A stretch of 57,839 nt of DNA, filler included, from Sphacelaria rigidula (Eukaryota), in NCBI GenBank assembly GCA_964200075.2. It is 6 parts of 6 records of this genome, joined end to end, with 100 filler letters (N's around TTAATTAATTAA, not from the genome) between each part and the next. Parts side by side here need not be neighbours in the genome. Positions count along the whole stretch, not along the records: positions 28,972 to 38,528 come from CAXNAA020008228.1; positions 38,629 to 48,184 come from CAXNAA020008229.1; 4 more parts are not named here. The stretch is one strand, 5' to 3'. Position numbers and translations under genes: made by a program. Every line of letters starts with the position of its first letter. Within the stretch, counting starts at the first letter, position 1. The notes below the pieces were generated by a model. The model saw nothing but the letters and a program-made list of their open reading frames with translations. It was not told the DNA's origin and made no database searches. This document shows positions 36,101 to 47,362 of the stretch, in pieces.

Positions 36101-36997
36101 CTCATTCAACCGCTCACGATCATGAACGACAATGAACCCACTGCACGCATATCACATGTTATAAAAATACTGGAGCTCCAAACTATTGTAGATCAAAGGA
36201 CGTTTGAGCTGTGGACATTGCGCATGGTCCTCCTCAAGCACCCAACCCTAACCGCCTGTTTTCCGAGTCTTGAATGTCGAGTGATTCTAAATCATAGTCT
36301 AGGTTGGACCCTACCGTTTAAGGTCCTCAATGTCAAATACAGTACAGTACGTACACACAGTATATCACATGTACAATCACGTAGTGAACAAGAGTGGCCG
36401 CGGGCGACGCGGAGGGAAGCATGATTTCGTGTGCTGTAGTCATATCACCATTGACCTCGCATCCCTACAAAGTCAGGGCAGAGCACGCAGAGGTTCCGCC
36501 GGACAGGCTCACAACTCATCACCACGTGCGAAACGCCGTGACGTGTTCGGCGAGTCGCATGAGGGGTGAACTGCATCCTGCCAAGATAGTTGCGTTCGAA
36601 GCGTACTTATCATCTTGCACAGGAATGACGGCCTCGCATGAGTTGCTTCAGTTTCTGGTATCGCCACTTCCAGAGACAGTCGGCGAAGGGGGAGGGGGCG
36701 AAATGGTTCAGCCGGCTTCAACGCGGCATCTCAAAACAACGTTCATGACACGAGCTCATTCAGGCATGCGCTGAGGGATCAAAGTTCTTGTTTTTTTTTA
36801 GTATCCGGTGTAGTACGACAAAATCTCCACGGAAAATACGGGGATGAGAGTCTTCGCTTCTATTGTGCACCTATCGCGGCACGCCTTCACGAAGGAACCG
36901 TAGACGGCCGTGTCGAAAAACATCTGCGTGATGATGAAGTCTGCCCCGGCGTCCACCTTCTTCTGTAGGTACTCCATCTCTAATTCGAAATCCGCGT
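30104..36997 (-). CDS. MTHFR: Methylenetetrahydrofolate reductase, 3' part: join(36997-36871, 35907-35781, 34809-34696, 32200-32123, 31479-31393, tentative 30127-30104)
   Basis: GT..AG introns with matching phases (2,0,0,0,0). The protein reads ADFELEMEYLQKKVDAGADFIITQMFFD..ACRDRGITVPVLPGMM..FCRTRVP..IKDDDKALKAFGVE..GAPGLHFYTLNLEKVTIGILGRLG, giving the MetF/MTHFR motifs K.DAGADFIITQ.FFD and GLHFYTLN. The 5' exons were not found on this contig. Confidence 0.92.
30888..31061. repeat. About 170-bp imperfect hairpin downstream of the last well-supported MTHFR exon
   Basis: TGGTAAATATATGCAACAGACG..ATGTACTGGGT..GCAAC pairs with GTTGC..ACCCAGTACAT..CGTCTATTGCATCTATTGACCA across a loop of about 15 nt. 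Confidence 0.75.
31393..31479 (-). CDS. MTHFR: Probable MTHFR tail exon (MLGMIKSSKNKSVAAEAGDDQAPSSGIMQ)
   Basis: CAG acceptor and GTGAGG donor; 87 nt; open in phase 0. No homology support. Confidence 0.55.
31930..32095. repeat. Intronic tandem duplication, about 87-bp period
   Basis: CTTAGGCTAGCTCAACTC..ATGAACATCCAG starts at 31941 and again at 32028. Confidence 0.8.
32123..32200 (-). CDS. MTHFR: MTHFR exon (VTIGILGRLGMLGDYKLAEREEDTAQ)
   Basis: AAG acceptor and GTGAGA donor; 78 nt; supplies the expected last helix (IL..LG). Confidence 0.8.
34696..34809 (-). CDS. MTHFR: MTHFR exon (DDDKALKAFGVEFGTQVCHDLMAAGAPGLHFYTLNLEK)
   Basis: CAG acceptor and GTGCGA donor; 114 nt. Confidence 0.93.
34870..35130. 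repeat. Dispersed repeat copy in an MTHFR intron
   Basis: Collinear with 36420-36685 and partly with 15862-15962. Confidence 0.8.
35315..35340. repeat. (TG)13 microsatellite
   Basis: Seen directly. Confidence 0.9.
35781..35907 (-). CDS. MTHFR: MTHFR exon (GITVPVLPGMMCINAWGGFIKMTGFCRTRVPPELMAKMEQIK)
   Basis: CAG acceptor and GTGTGC donor; 127 nt. Confidence 0.93.
36420..36685. repeat. Dispersed repeat copy in the next MTHFR intron
   Basis: TTGACCTCGCAT..GTTCGGCGAGTCGCAT..CTGCATCCTGC..TCGAAGCGTACT is shared with 34870-35130. Confidence 0.8.
36871..36997 (-). CDS. MTHFR: MTHFR exon (ADFELEMEYLQKKVDAGADFIITQMFFDTAVYGSFVKACRD)
   Basis: TAG acceptor and GTGCAC donor; 127 nt. Confidence 0.93.
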
Positions 36998-38467
36998 CTA
37001 AATGTGGCACGGAAAAAGAGAGAGGGGGGGGAAGCGCACGGGGGAGGGGGAAAAACATGAGAAACACTACAATCGTGAAAATTCAAAGTTTTTAGAGAAA
37101 TATGCTGTTCGCTGCCGTGTTCGACACTGCGTATCAAGCGCGGCGTTACGCCTTCGGCGGTGCTACCTGCTCACTGCACAGCGGCAGGGTGAAGCCCGAC
37201 AAAGCACATCGCATGACGTCACACCCTTGGCCCATCCCTGTGCTGCATTGGTTTCGCGCTGTCCTACGAGTATGCAGTTCGCCGCATCATGCACGCAACC
37301 GCTTGTATCTGCGGCCAACGTGTACGTGGGATATCACACTCCGCTACGTCCTACATCGCTACGACACATCTGGTGAAGCTCTCCTTGCTGCAGCTACTGC
37401 GTTCGTCTGCCCCAGGTCAGGGCACGCGGGAGTGAAAGGCCGCCTCTGCTGCTGTAATGGGCGACTGTATCTCGGGCGAAGCTGTATGGGAACACAGCCG
37501 CCATGGCGCGCGAAAGCGGCCTGTACCATTCCATACCCTGGAGGTTTTTGCTCACTGTTGTCTCGGAGTTGGGCGTTGCAGTTACCGACTCAAGGTCCGA
37601 ATATTACTACATAAATTATAGTCGGCAATATATTTGAAACTGTGCGCAGTACACTTCCAACAATGTGTTCGTACGGACGGTAGAAATTTTCGTCCACGGT
37701 CTGGTGTGTTTCCAAATATAATGCAGAATCTGGCACATTTCCATACATAATCGGGCGCGGTGAGATGGTGTCAAAACTCACGACATATATTATGAGCGAA
37801 CTGCAGGTGAGGCAATCGCCAAAATATTCACCTGCAAACTCTGCTCCAATGCACTGTAAGTTGATATCGCCAGAAGGATACTACCATAACTACCTTGCCG
37901 ACTGCCAGACTGTCAGGACGTGGGATCCGCCAGCATTGCTGCTGTCTGTACGGAGATGTTGCCCACTTGTCGGGTACGTGGGAGAGGGTTCACGGCAGAA
38001 CGCAGCGGTTGCGTGAGAATACCGCCACATATATGGTGGGGCCTAAACGCTGCTTCTCTTCTGGTTTTCTGTGAGTATTCATCCCTAACGAGGCGAAGAT
38101 TGACGATGAAGCCGGAAGCGTTCGTTGCGGTCTGCGAGCCTGACCGGGATTGTACCTACCATCACCGTCATCAGACAGGAGGTGGTGAAAACAAATGAAT
38201 CTGGTGAGAATGATATCCACGGTTTCAATGCAAACCGGGCCCTCGGCGCGTTGTGCTGCCATGGCTGCGGCTCCGACACCTTTCTCTACTGCCCATCAAC
38301 CCGTCCTCCAAGTTTCGGCGTTATCACAAGCGAGGTGAGGATTTCCTTGGCGTCCAACCTCCACAAACACCGCCTCCACGAGATTGAAAAGGAGTAAAAC
38401 TGGTCGTCAATCTTGTTTCCCATCCTCCCCCACCCTCCCACTTTCTCTTTTCAGGTAGACTCGAGTC

Positions 38468-38528
38468 GAGCCATCCTACGATAGGGGTGGGGGTATTTTG
38501 GGGCATTTGTTGCTCGAAATTTCGAGTC
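38468..38528. mobile_element. Terminus of TIR family C, truncated by the contig end
   Basis: GAGCCATCCTACGATAGGGGTGGGGGTATTT matches the reverse complement of 21-59. Confidence 0.55.
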
Positions 38529-38628
38529 NNNNNNNNNNNNNNNNNNNNNNNNNNNNNNNNNNNNNNNNNNNNTTAATTAATTAANNNNNNNNNNNNNNNN
38601 NNNNNNNNNNNNNNNNNNNNNNNNNNNN
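38529..38628. other. Artificial 100-nt contig linker
   Basis: N run containing TTAATTAATTAA. Confidence 0.97.
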
Positions 38629-38775
38629 TTTTCTATTCAAACCAATATTGTGGCGCGCGGAACACTTCTGTCTCCCCCCAACCGCTCACAAAGAGGCGGG
38701 CCCCCCCCCCCCCCCCCCCCTTCATTTATCTGTGATGATGACGTGATTGACGTCGGAGATTGTTGCCCAAGATTC

Positions 38776-40596
38776 TTATCGCTGTTCAGGCTCCGAAGTT
38801 TTTGATTCTGTCGATGAGGTACCGGTGGCGCTTCTTGTTGGGGTGTTGCGTTCTGATATCAGCGAGTTGATCCTCCGTGGATACATAGGGGATCTTGACT
38901 TGCCCTGCTTCATCATTTCGCGGATGTCGAAGACATGTGAGGCTGCGTGCTTCGTGCGAGCGCTGAAAGTCCGATTACCGATTGCATGGAGCGTAGTCAT
39001 GTTGTCGATGTTTAATGGCACGCTGTCCAACTCTGCCTCGAATCCCAACTCCGTCATCATATTCCAGCAGAACATCGCCTCCTTCATCGCTAGTGCCGCA
39101 GCCATCATCTCGTCTTCCATCGTCGACATGGGCGTGAGACTCTGCAGCCCCGACTTGAAGCTCACCGGGGTCTTTACCATCATCATGAAGTACGATGACA
39201 TCGACTTGCCATTGTCGGGGTTGCTACCCCAGTTGGAATCCGAAAACCCTGTGAGGACGAATCCTCCCTTCTTGTAGGTGATACTGAAATCCGTCGTGCC
39301 GACGAGGTAGCGAAGAAGATGCTTTGCGGCAGCCATGTGATCTTTGAAGGTTTCGACATGGTCCGAGCGATCCTTCTGGTGGCGTACATGCAATCGTAAC
39401 GAGTGGCCTGAGTAACATACATCACTGATCATCCTCAAAGGTGTTCGGAATTGTGGTCACCTTCTCCCCCTCTGAACAACATTGCAGTTGGGTGTTGGTG
39501 GCGGCGAGGGCGTACTCTACAAAATTTAGCACGTTCTCGTGATGGGCAACGTCCGCTACCGCCTCCTCGGTGCGATGTGCTAACGAATTGAGTTCGCGCA
39601 GAGTTGCCGCGCTAACTCCGTCGTCGGGCGTGTTGGGATTAGCGAGAGGTTTACCGCTGGATCATGTCGCCGGGCATCCCGGCGCACTCGATGTTCGGGC
39701 GGAAGGGGTGCTCCGCGTCTTGGAACGAGAGGCACCTGCCGCAGTAGACGAAGAATTTTCTTCTGAGGCATTTGAAGATGCTCCTCTTGATTCTCCACTC
39801 GGCATAGCTTCCGCCGGCGAACTCTTCCCAGGCGATGCAGGCCCTGACCCGGCGCGTAAGCGAAGATCATGAGCGGTAATTTCGCGGATTTTCTCCACAA
39901 AAATTCCGAAATTTCGCCGCCATCCGATCCCGATAGATTGATCCCCGCAATATGGTTGCGCGGCGAATTGAGGTCAAGGCGTGAAGTTTAGTTCCTCACG
40001 TCTCTCACAAGTTGGTCATGGTCCAGGTACGTGAGATTAGTGTCGTTCAAAACGGCCGTCAATTACGGAGCCCGCAGGGTAGACGGCGTCTCGATAAAAA
40101 TGACGTCCCTGCTCTCCCTCACGTTCCGAAACGACTTGCTGTTCATGCGGTACCCACAGAGCCGTCGTTCCCAAGCCTGGGGGTCGAGCTTCTTGGTGCG
40201 CGGTTCAACGTGAACAAATGCCCTGGCCCCCATGACCTGAAGATGTCCAAGGTTTGCCTCCTTGCCGTAAAAGCTTTTGTACGGCGTGATATTTCCCAGT
40301 GCTGCATGCGGCACCCGGTTCGCTAGGTATACCGCAGTTTGCATGAGTTCTCCCCACAGAAAATTCGGCAGGCCGGAGTCCGTGAGAAGGCAGCGCACCA
40401 TCACGGCGAGATTCCTCCCGTCACACTCGCAGTGATCAATCGGCTGTGATGTGATTGTTGAGGCGAACTCGTGTCAAATGCCAGTCTGAAGACAGTAGTC
40501 CTTGAACGCATCGCCGGTTTACTCTCCGTCTCTATCCGTGCGGAGGCGCTCGACTCGCAACTCACTGGGAACTACGAGCGCTTGCACGCGGAGTCA
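38776..40596 (-). mobile_element. Ty1/Copia relic, pol part: integrase, linker, RT (mostly deleted) and RNase H
   Basis: RVERLRTDRDGE*..MVRCLLTDSGLPNFLWGELMQTAVYLANRVP..AFVHVE..KKLD..ESRDVIFIE; IPNTFE; KHLLRYL.GT..GFSDSNWG..GKSMS..SFKSGLQ..STME.E..IDN..ARTKH. Confidence 0.93.
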
Positions 40597-40601
40597 TGTA
40601 T

Positions 40602-41029
40602 TAAAAGAAAACCTCATGCACCGGGTGCATTGTCACGGGAAGTTGTAGGCCTGCCGTGGCTAGTTGAGACCAGGTATCATCTGTGTAATTCATTCACCCA
40701 TGTTTGCCCACTCACACACACACACTGAAACCAGCACTGAATCAGAACTTACACACAACAACGAACACCACTGAATCAAGTGGGGTAGTCATTCCTGGGG
40801 AAAACGCTCATACAAAATGACATGTCATAATCCCATCTCTTCGCTACGCAAGAAAGCGTGTGCCACCTCAGCAGGTATGTACTGCAACCACTACATCGGG
40901 TATACCTTATGACATAATTATCTCTTACTCGTATTTCCCCTGTATGTCATGATCCAATCTCCATATTCATTTCCATTGCATCCAGGCAGATGTGCAGGTA
41001 CAATCCTTGAGCGGAAGTATATTCGATTA
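40602..41029 (-). repeat. 3' LTR (428 bp)
   Basis: About 17 substitutions and one 2-bp CA indel relative to 45651-46076 (hand count, about 96% identity). Confidence 0.9.
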
Positions 41030-44000
41030 GCCTCCCTGCTTACGGCTCTAGGACTGATAATTTATCCTGAATACATAGTGCCTCATTCTGAATACGGGAA
41101 AATATTTCATGTTCTTTCGGACATGAATCCAACACTATATTACCAAGAACCGAAAAAGAAAACCCGATCCCGTCAGGAAAAAACCTTCCCAGCCACGCAC
41201 AGACGTCGCAAACTCGTCTACTTTAGCAATCGAAAGCTCAAATCCTGAATATTATCTGTTCTTCGTAAACTATCCATGCTCCATTTCAACAATTGTTTAC
41301 GTCAGTCAGCACAAAACAAATTAGATATATGTGTATCAATCTCAATCATTCCCAGTTCCCAAATCTTCCTTGGAACAACCAAAAATCACACATGAATGTA
41401 CAGTGGACACCCTTTTCATACTCCTCAGTTACCATGATGACATTCGAGAAACACACTCAACCTTCCAATACTCGAGTATGTCAAAAACGGACTTTTCTCA
41501 TGGTAACAAGATGCTGTCTATGTGAAATTCGATTCAACATACCGTCTACAACACGGTCTACATCAGGCAAGTGTCTACAGTCAACATGTCCAGTGACCGA
41601 GGTATCATTCCACTGAACAATAACATGACTCCTCGAAATAGTATGCAAAATAAACACTGTAAAATGAAAACTTGCAGTAGTGGTGTATGCACCACTTCCC
41701 CTCGAGTTCGAGAAGAAAATTCAAATTTATATCGAATCAATTCAAGTTCAAATCGCTAAAACGAGAGGTATGCTCGAATAAAAAACATATAGAGATTTCG
41801 CATCTGTCCCAACATAAGAACACAAGACTTGCTCCTGTTTGTACCACTCTGTATCCTAGAAAAACAACATTAGCCTCCCTGATGTCGACCATCTATCAAC
41901 TGCCTAGAACAGTTCATATAACCCACATCAGTGAAAACTTGCAAGCTTGGATCCTTTTATATCAGAACACGAAAAAATCTCTTTCGAACCTCGTTCACGT
42001 CATAGACCGTAGAATACCCAGAGAAAATGTAGGTAACAGTACACTCGTGCTTTCACAACGACTTGTACTGCTTATATCCTATCAGGGAGAAACTCGGAAC
42101 ATAAAACCAAACTCTGTACGCACTAAAAATATTGTAACCAAAATTAGCGGTTGATCAGTCCACTTAATTTCGAATTACTGATCTTTGATGCAAATTTCGC
42201 TCGTCATCCGGCCCGATAAATTCCCAAAATCGTCAAACTCATCGTCCCACTCTTAGAATATTTTCTCTTTCACAAAACAATCAATCTCTGTACACCAAAG
42301 TCCAAGTGCATGCGAAGAAGTCGAATAGAAAGTTTCTTTGCATAAAGAGTACACTCACCCAAATATCAGGACGGATATTACTTTTTGAATAAACGCCACA
42401 CCTTGGAGAGAACATAACATAAGTTACTCCGTATTAAAACGCCCCCCCCCGATTCAATATTACATATTGATTTGCAGGGAGTATTGCTTCCAGGTAGTAC
42501 ATGAAAACATAAGATCGATGATCCCAGAGTCAGTTCTCGTGAGTATCCTGGTGCATAGTCAGTCCCGCATGTTGAACGGCGGGTGGATAGTCAATTGTTT
42601 AGTGACACCCAAGACTAAAAGCCGTTCCACTCTCGGAAGTATACTCGAGGTTGAATCCACGCCATGTTCTTTCCACAATTGAAAATGTCCAACCCAAAAT
42701 CCAGAGCCGGCGAATCAATTTGTCAAAAACGTTTTAGCCCGGATCGCAAAATATCAAATTCCCTCTCGAAATCCATGACCGACGGATCAAACTGTCCCAA
42801 ATACTTCGCCGTGGATCACCCCATCACATGATTTTTCTCCCAAAATACTCCGCTGTGGATAACCCCATCACATGAGTTTTCTTCGTTTTTAATTACCCGA
42901 AAAGAGAATCATGGAAGCAAATAGTCAATTCCCCCTCCATTATTTTCTTTCTCGCTAATTCCAAAATCATCGCAATCATGTGGAGGATCAAGTTGAAAAA
43001 ATCATAACCAAACTACGGTAGTACTTCGTAGGGCGTAGGGAACAAAAATTGGAAGAATCAAACAAAAAATGCAACCACGGGACGTTTCACATGGTTGGCA
43101 TGTCACGTTGCTGCGAACTACGAGACGAAAATATTCCGAATCCAAACTCCCAAAGAAATCAAATGATAAAAACCTTAATGCCAAAGCGTGTTTGGTTCCT
43201 GCCCTGGCTCCTGCTAAGTCCCCCAAGTGGCTGTGTTGTCGTCGCCCAGGCCGCGGTGGCTGTTTTCGGTTTGGTTCTTGCGGTGTTACGGTCAGGGCTT
43301 CGTCATTTTTGTGCACATCCGCCTGGGTTCGAAAACAGTTGCCTCGCCATATAGAGAGTGGCTCGCAGCACCGGGGGCAGGGCACGCGTGCGGTAGAAAA
43401 TAATCGCAGAGTTAAGTCGTCCGTTGTATTTCATGCAAAAAATCGACAAATATTCGAAAACATCGTTCGTGCGTCATATCAAATCTCCCCTATAAACCCA
43501 TGCCTCGCAACGCTGTCAAAAACATTTCACAGTATCATGCCGTGGGTACACAAAATCCGCCCTAACGGTCGTCGATGGCCCACTGCGCTTAACTTCCCTC
43601 GCGATAAAAAAACATGAGCAAGAATCGCAGAAGGTGGAGTACTAAAACCAAACAAGGAACAAAAACAAATCCTGTGTTGACCCTCCTCCTGTCAGACTCC
43701 GGCTGGTGCGCCCACATATACCGAAAGGTGTATACTGGCATCCAGAATGGATGGAACGACAACTCACACACGCAGTAGTACTGTGGGTTTTGCTGGCTCG
43801 CCAGAACTAAATCAATTCAACTGCAGTCAATGTAGATCACACAAGTGCGTCAAGCTATACTATACTGTGGATCAATAATTTTGATTAACCAGGGAAAACA
43901 TGGAAACTTCAAACAGCACATGCTTGCTCAACGTGTTTCCTCTACATGACATGCTTGTATGCGGGGAACCATGTATGCTCTATAAACAGTATATGCATAA

Positions 44001-45650
44001 GGCTTCCCAAAGTATACCTATGAATCTAAGATTGATCAGCATGCTCAACAGACAATCTGTAGAAACGAAAAAACAAAAATCATGCATTGGTCCGCATTTG
44101 CCCGCAGCGTGAGAAATGTACCGTCATTGCAGGACATGATACTTCGATCATACGCCAATACACAGCAGACTGTAATGCAGTACGGTCTACAAGCTGTGAT
44201 TAGCCTGGAGAACAGCACACAGAATCAGTTGACATGAGAGAATGCTACGTGGAATCATTCATAACTACACTTCGCCATTCCGTTTCTGTTTGCAATCGGC
44301 GTGCTCAACGCGTTTCTTCAGCGCTCAATGTCTGTGAACACAAAAACAACCGCATCTCATATCACCAGCCAATGTGATTTTGCCCTCCTGTACTGTACAT
44401 CACGGTCAGTTGAAGTCCTGACTTTCAATCCATACAGTTTGGAACACAAGTGGTTGTGCACACAAGGCAACATGTCTGTAAAACGCAACATCTCTCGTCG
44501 AAGTCATCTCGAGTCAACAATGTAAGTTTAACTACCGTAGATGACGGAATATAAAACTCCCTTCTACAGTCAAGGGGATCATAATATCATTGTGCAGTGG
44601 AGAAAGGAAAAAACCAAAGTCTCAAACAAATAAGAACCAAAGTAGGGCACACATAGAATACTCCAAAATCACACTTGCGCTTCGTCTCACTATAGAGCGA
44701 GCAGGCCGTGATGCTGAATGAAAGAAACAAGGGATAAAGGGAAGGGCAATATATTGCCAACAAAAACAATCCGACTGTATGCCTTCAAAATGAATCTTCG
44801 ACATGGTACACGTGACGAGGTATCAATTGAGTGTGGCGTTGTATAACACCCCCAGTTCAACAGAAGAACAAGGGCATATGTCACTCTAGAAAACAAGAAA
44901 ATACGCAAACCAACTCGCAAACTAGAATAGAATGACTACTTACCGATAGCAAAACATTCTTGAAGTCATCCTACTCTTCGACCCTGGTTGTTCTATCAAG
45001 ATTCGATGTTCAATCAAAGGAAAGAAATTAAAAGGGAAAACGTGCCTTTGTGAGCACTGCGGCTCGTGTTGAAGTAATAGCTGGGAAGCTGATGACGTTG
45101 TCGTCCTGGACGTGGCTTGTTCATTGGCGTTCGGATGCTAGAGTTGATGACGCGCGTGTCGAGGGATATTACCGCTACCGATCTTGGGTACCGCGTACTG
45201 CTCCGGTTAGCTCAAAAATACAAAATAAAGATGAATACATGCCTTCGGGGCTCCTTCGCCCATCTGAGATAGAAGCTGAGAAGCTGAGATTTTGTTGTCC
45301 TTGATGTAGCTGCTCACTGGCGTTTGGATGCTAGTGTTGGTGACGCGCGTGTCGGGGGGTGTTTCCGCTTCCGATCTTGGGTACACCGTACTGTCCAGTT
45401 AGCTCTTGTAGTGCTGCGATGCTGTCCGTTGATGTTGTTGTCCTTCTTGTTTGCGGCGTATGCGCGTTTCGATGCCTCGTTGAAAACCCATTTTAACTCT
45501 CCTTTGGAATACCGTAGAGATATTGTATATCATCTTTGACGTTTTAAGAAAACCTTGAGATCGCCTGGGCGAAGCGTAGCCTGATCGAAGCCTACGACTT
45601 GTAAATCCCCAACACTCTGTACATGAGCCCTGACCCAGGTCATGCTAGCA

Positions 45651-46076
45651 TAATGGAAAGCCTCATGCACCGGGTGCATTGTCGCGGGAAGCTTTAGGCC
45701 TGCCATGGCCAGTTGAGACCAGGTATCATCTATGTAATTAATTCACCCATATTTGCCCACTCACACACACACTGAAACCAGTACTGAATCAGAACTTACA
45801 CACAACAACGAACACCACTGAATCAAGTGGGGTAGTCATTCCTGGGGAAAACGCTCATACAAAATGACATGTCATAATCCCATCTCTTCGCCACGCAAGA
45901 AAGCGTGTGCCGCCTCAGCAGGTATGCACTGCAACCACTACATCGGGTATACCTTATGACATAATTATCTCTTACTCGTATTTCCCCTGTATGTCATGAT
46001 CCAATCTCCATATCCATTTCCATTGCATCCAAGCAGATGTGCAGGTACAATCCTTGAGCGGAAGTATATTCGATTA
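45651..46076 (-). repeat. 5' LTR (426 bp)
   Basis: Ends read TAATGGAA..TTCGATTA, a short terminal inverted repeat. Confidence 0.9.
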
Positions 46077-46081
46077 TGTAT

Positions 46082-46923
46082 GACACCCCAACCGGAACTT
46101 CGCCAAACGCCCCAAATAATCCCCGAGTATCTGCTGGCCGTTGTTCAAGTGTTTTCTCCGGCGTTGGTCCAATAACGAAGACTGACTTGTCGGGCTCTTC
46201 CAGCTGCTTGGACTCCTCCGCCACGCTCGCGAGCGTAGTCCCGAGAGATGTGAAGGAAAACCCAAACGTTGGCTGCTTGGGTTCTGCTGCCTGGGCAATT
46301 CGCGCGCTACCGATGTTGGCGAAGTTAATGCTGCTAGCTTGTTCCTTCTTTGTAGCCTTCTGCTTGAAGCGCTGCTCGTCGCTGTGAACTTTTGTCTTGT
46401 GTAAATAGCACCACTTGGAATTTACGTCTCTTCCTTTCTTCCAGTGCTTCTTGTTTTGTCTCTGCTGTTGTTGGTGCTCCTGTGATCTCTGTCGCAGAGG
46501 TTCCGGGAATGTGTTGCGACGGTGCCCGTATTTGTCACAGTGAAAACACTGGATGCTTCTGAGGTCGCCGTGCGCCGCCTGCATGGCCACGCCGCAGCCC
46601 ACAACAGATTTGGTGGATACGCGAGAAAGGTTGTCGATGAACATGTTCCGCATGGTGGGCTTGATCTCCTCCAACCCGTAGTTGCGGTCGTGGAAACTAG
46701 TCTGTCGTACAAAGTCGTAGTCGTTCACGATGGAGTGCAGAATGATGTCCTCGTAACGCTCGCCAAAGACCACCTCTCCCATACCATGCAACGACCTTGC
46801 AGTCACCAGTCCTGAAGGGTATAAACACGGCGCCACGCGCAACGCAAATTGGTTGATACCAACGAGTCCGGAGCTACCTTTCCATTCGCTGCGATTGCCG
46901 TCCTTTGCCAAGCTTTTTACCAT
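46082..46923 (-). mobile_element. Gag fragment of the same Copia relic, separated from pol by the nested element
   Basis: ERYEDIIL..DYDFVRQTS..RNYGLEEIK.TMRNMFIDNLSR; zinc-knuckle remnant CFHCDKYGH; second motif WCYLHKTKVHSD. Same strand as the integrase beyond the TSD. Confidence 0.85.
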
Positions 46924-47362
46924 GAGCAGATCACACTTCTACACAACGTGTGCTTCGAGCTTACTGCAATATATACCTGCCGCAAATAAATGTAATCTCG
47001 ACTACAGCTGTACCACTACATCGTATCTCCGGTGAAACATAAACAGCTATCCCAAATCCATGGGAAATCGCATCATCAATGCTTTTGATAAATTCGCAGG
47101 CACATTTTTTCCGCGACAGCAAGGTGTCCGTCTATCGGTGCCGGCACCAACCCTCATTGTCTCCTCGAATCGAAGGAAAAGACGCTAGAATTCCAAGAAA
47201 TAAACTGCTATGTATAGCGAGCCTCTGAAGTGAAATTGGCTCGAGGAACAAGAGTATATTGCTAGATCTAGAGGGAGGATGTGCCGTGTCAGGAGAGTTC
47301 AACAGTCGACCGTGGATGAGAGAAATCGAGTTGAAATGAAGAACAAAAAAGGGTCTTGCTAT

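Larger units (their letters stand above)
40602..46076 (-). mobile_element. Nested 5475-bp LTR element with no intact ORF (LARD-like), 5-bp TSD TGTAT and LTR termini TA..TA
   Basis: Direct repeats at 40602-41029 and 45651-46076. TGTAT at 40597-40601 and 46077-46081. On the - strand a PBS-like TGCTAGCATGACCTGG follows the 5' LTR and a purine-rich AGCAGGGAGGC precedes the 3' LTR. Confidence 0.88.

Noticed and set aside
35395-36105. 236-aa minus-strand ORF
   Set aside because: It is an off-frame read-through of a real MTHFR exon and its flanking introns.
37000-38460. Search for the next upstream MTHFR exon (YPEGHP region)
   Set aside because: No matching motif with a phase-1 donor was found; it is probably beyond the contig end.
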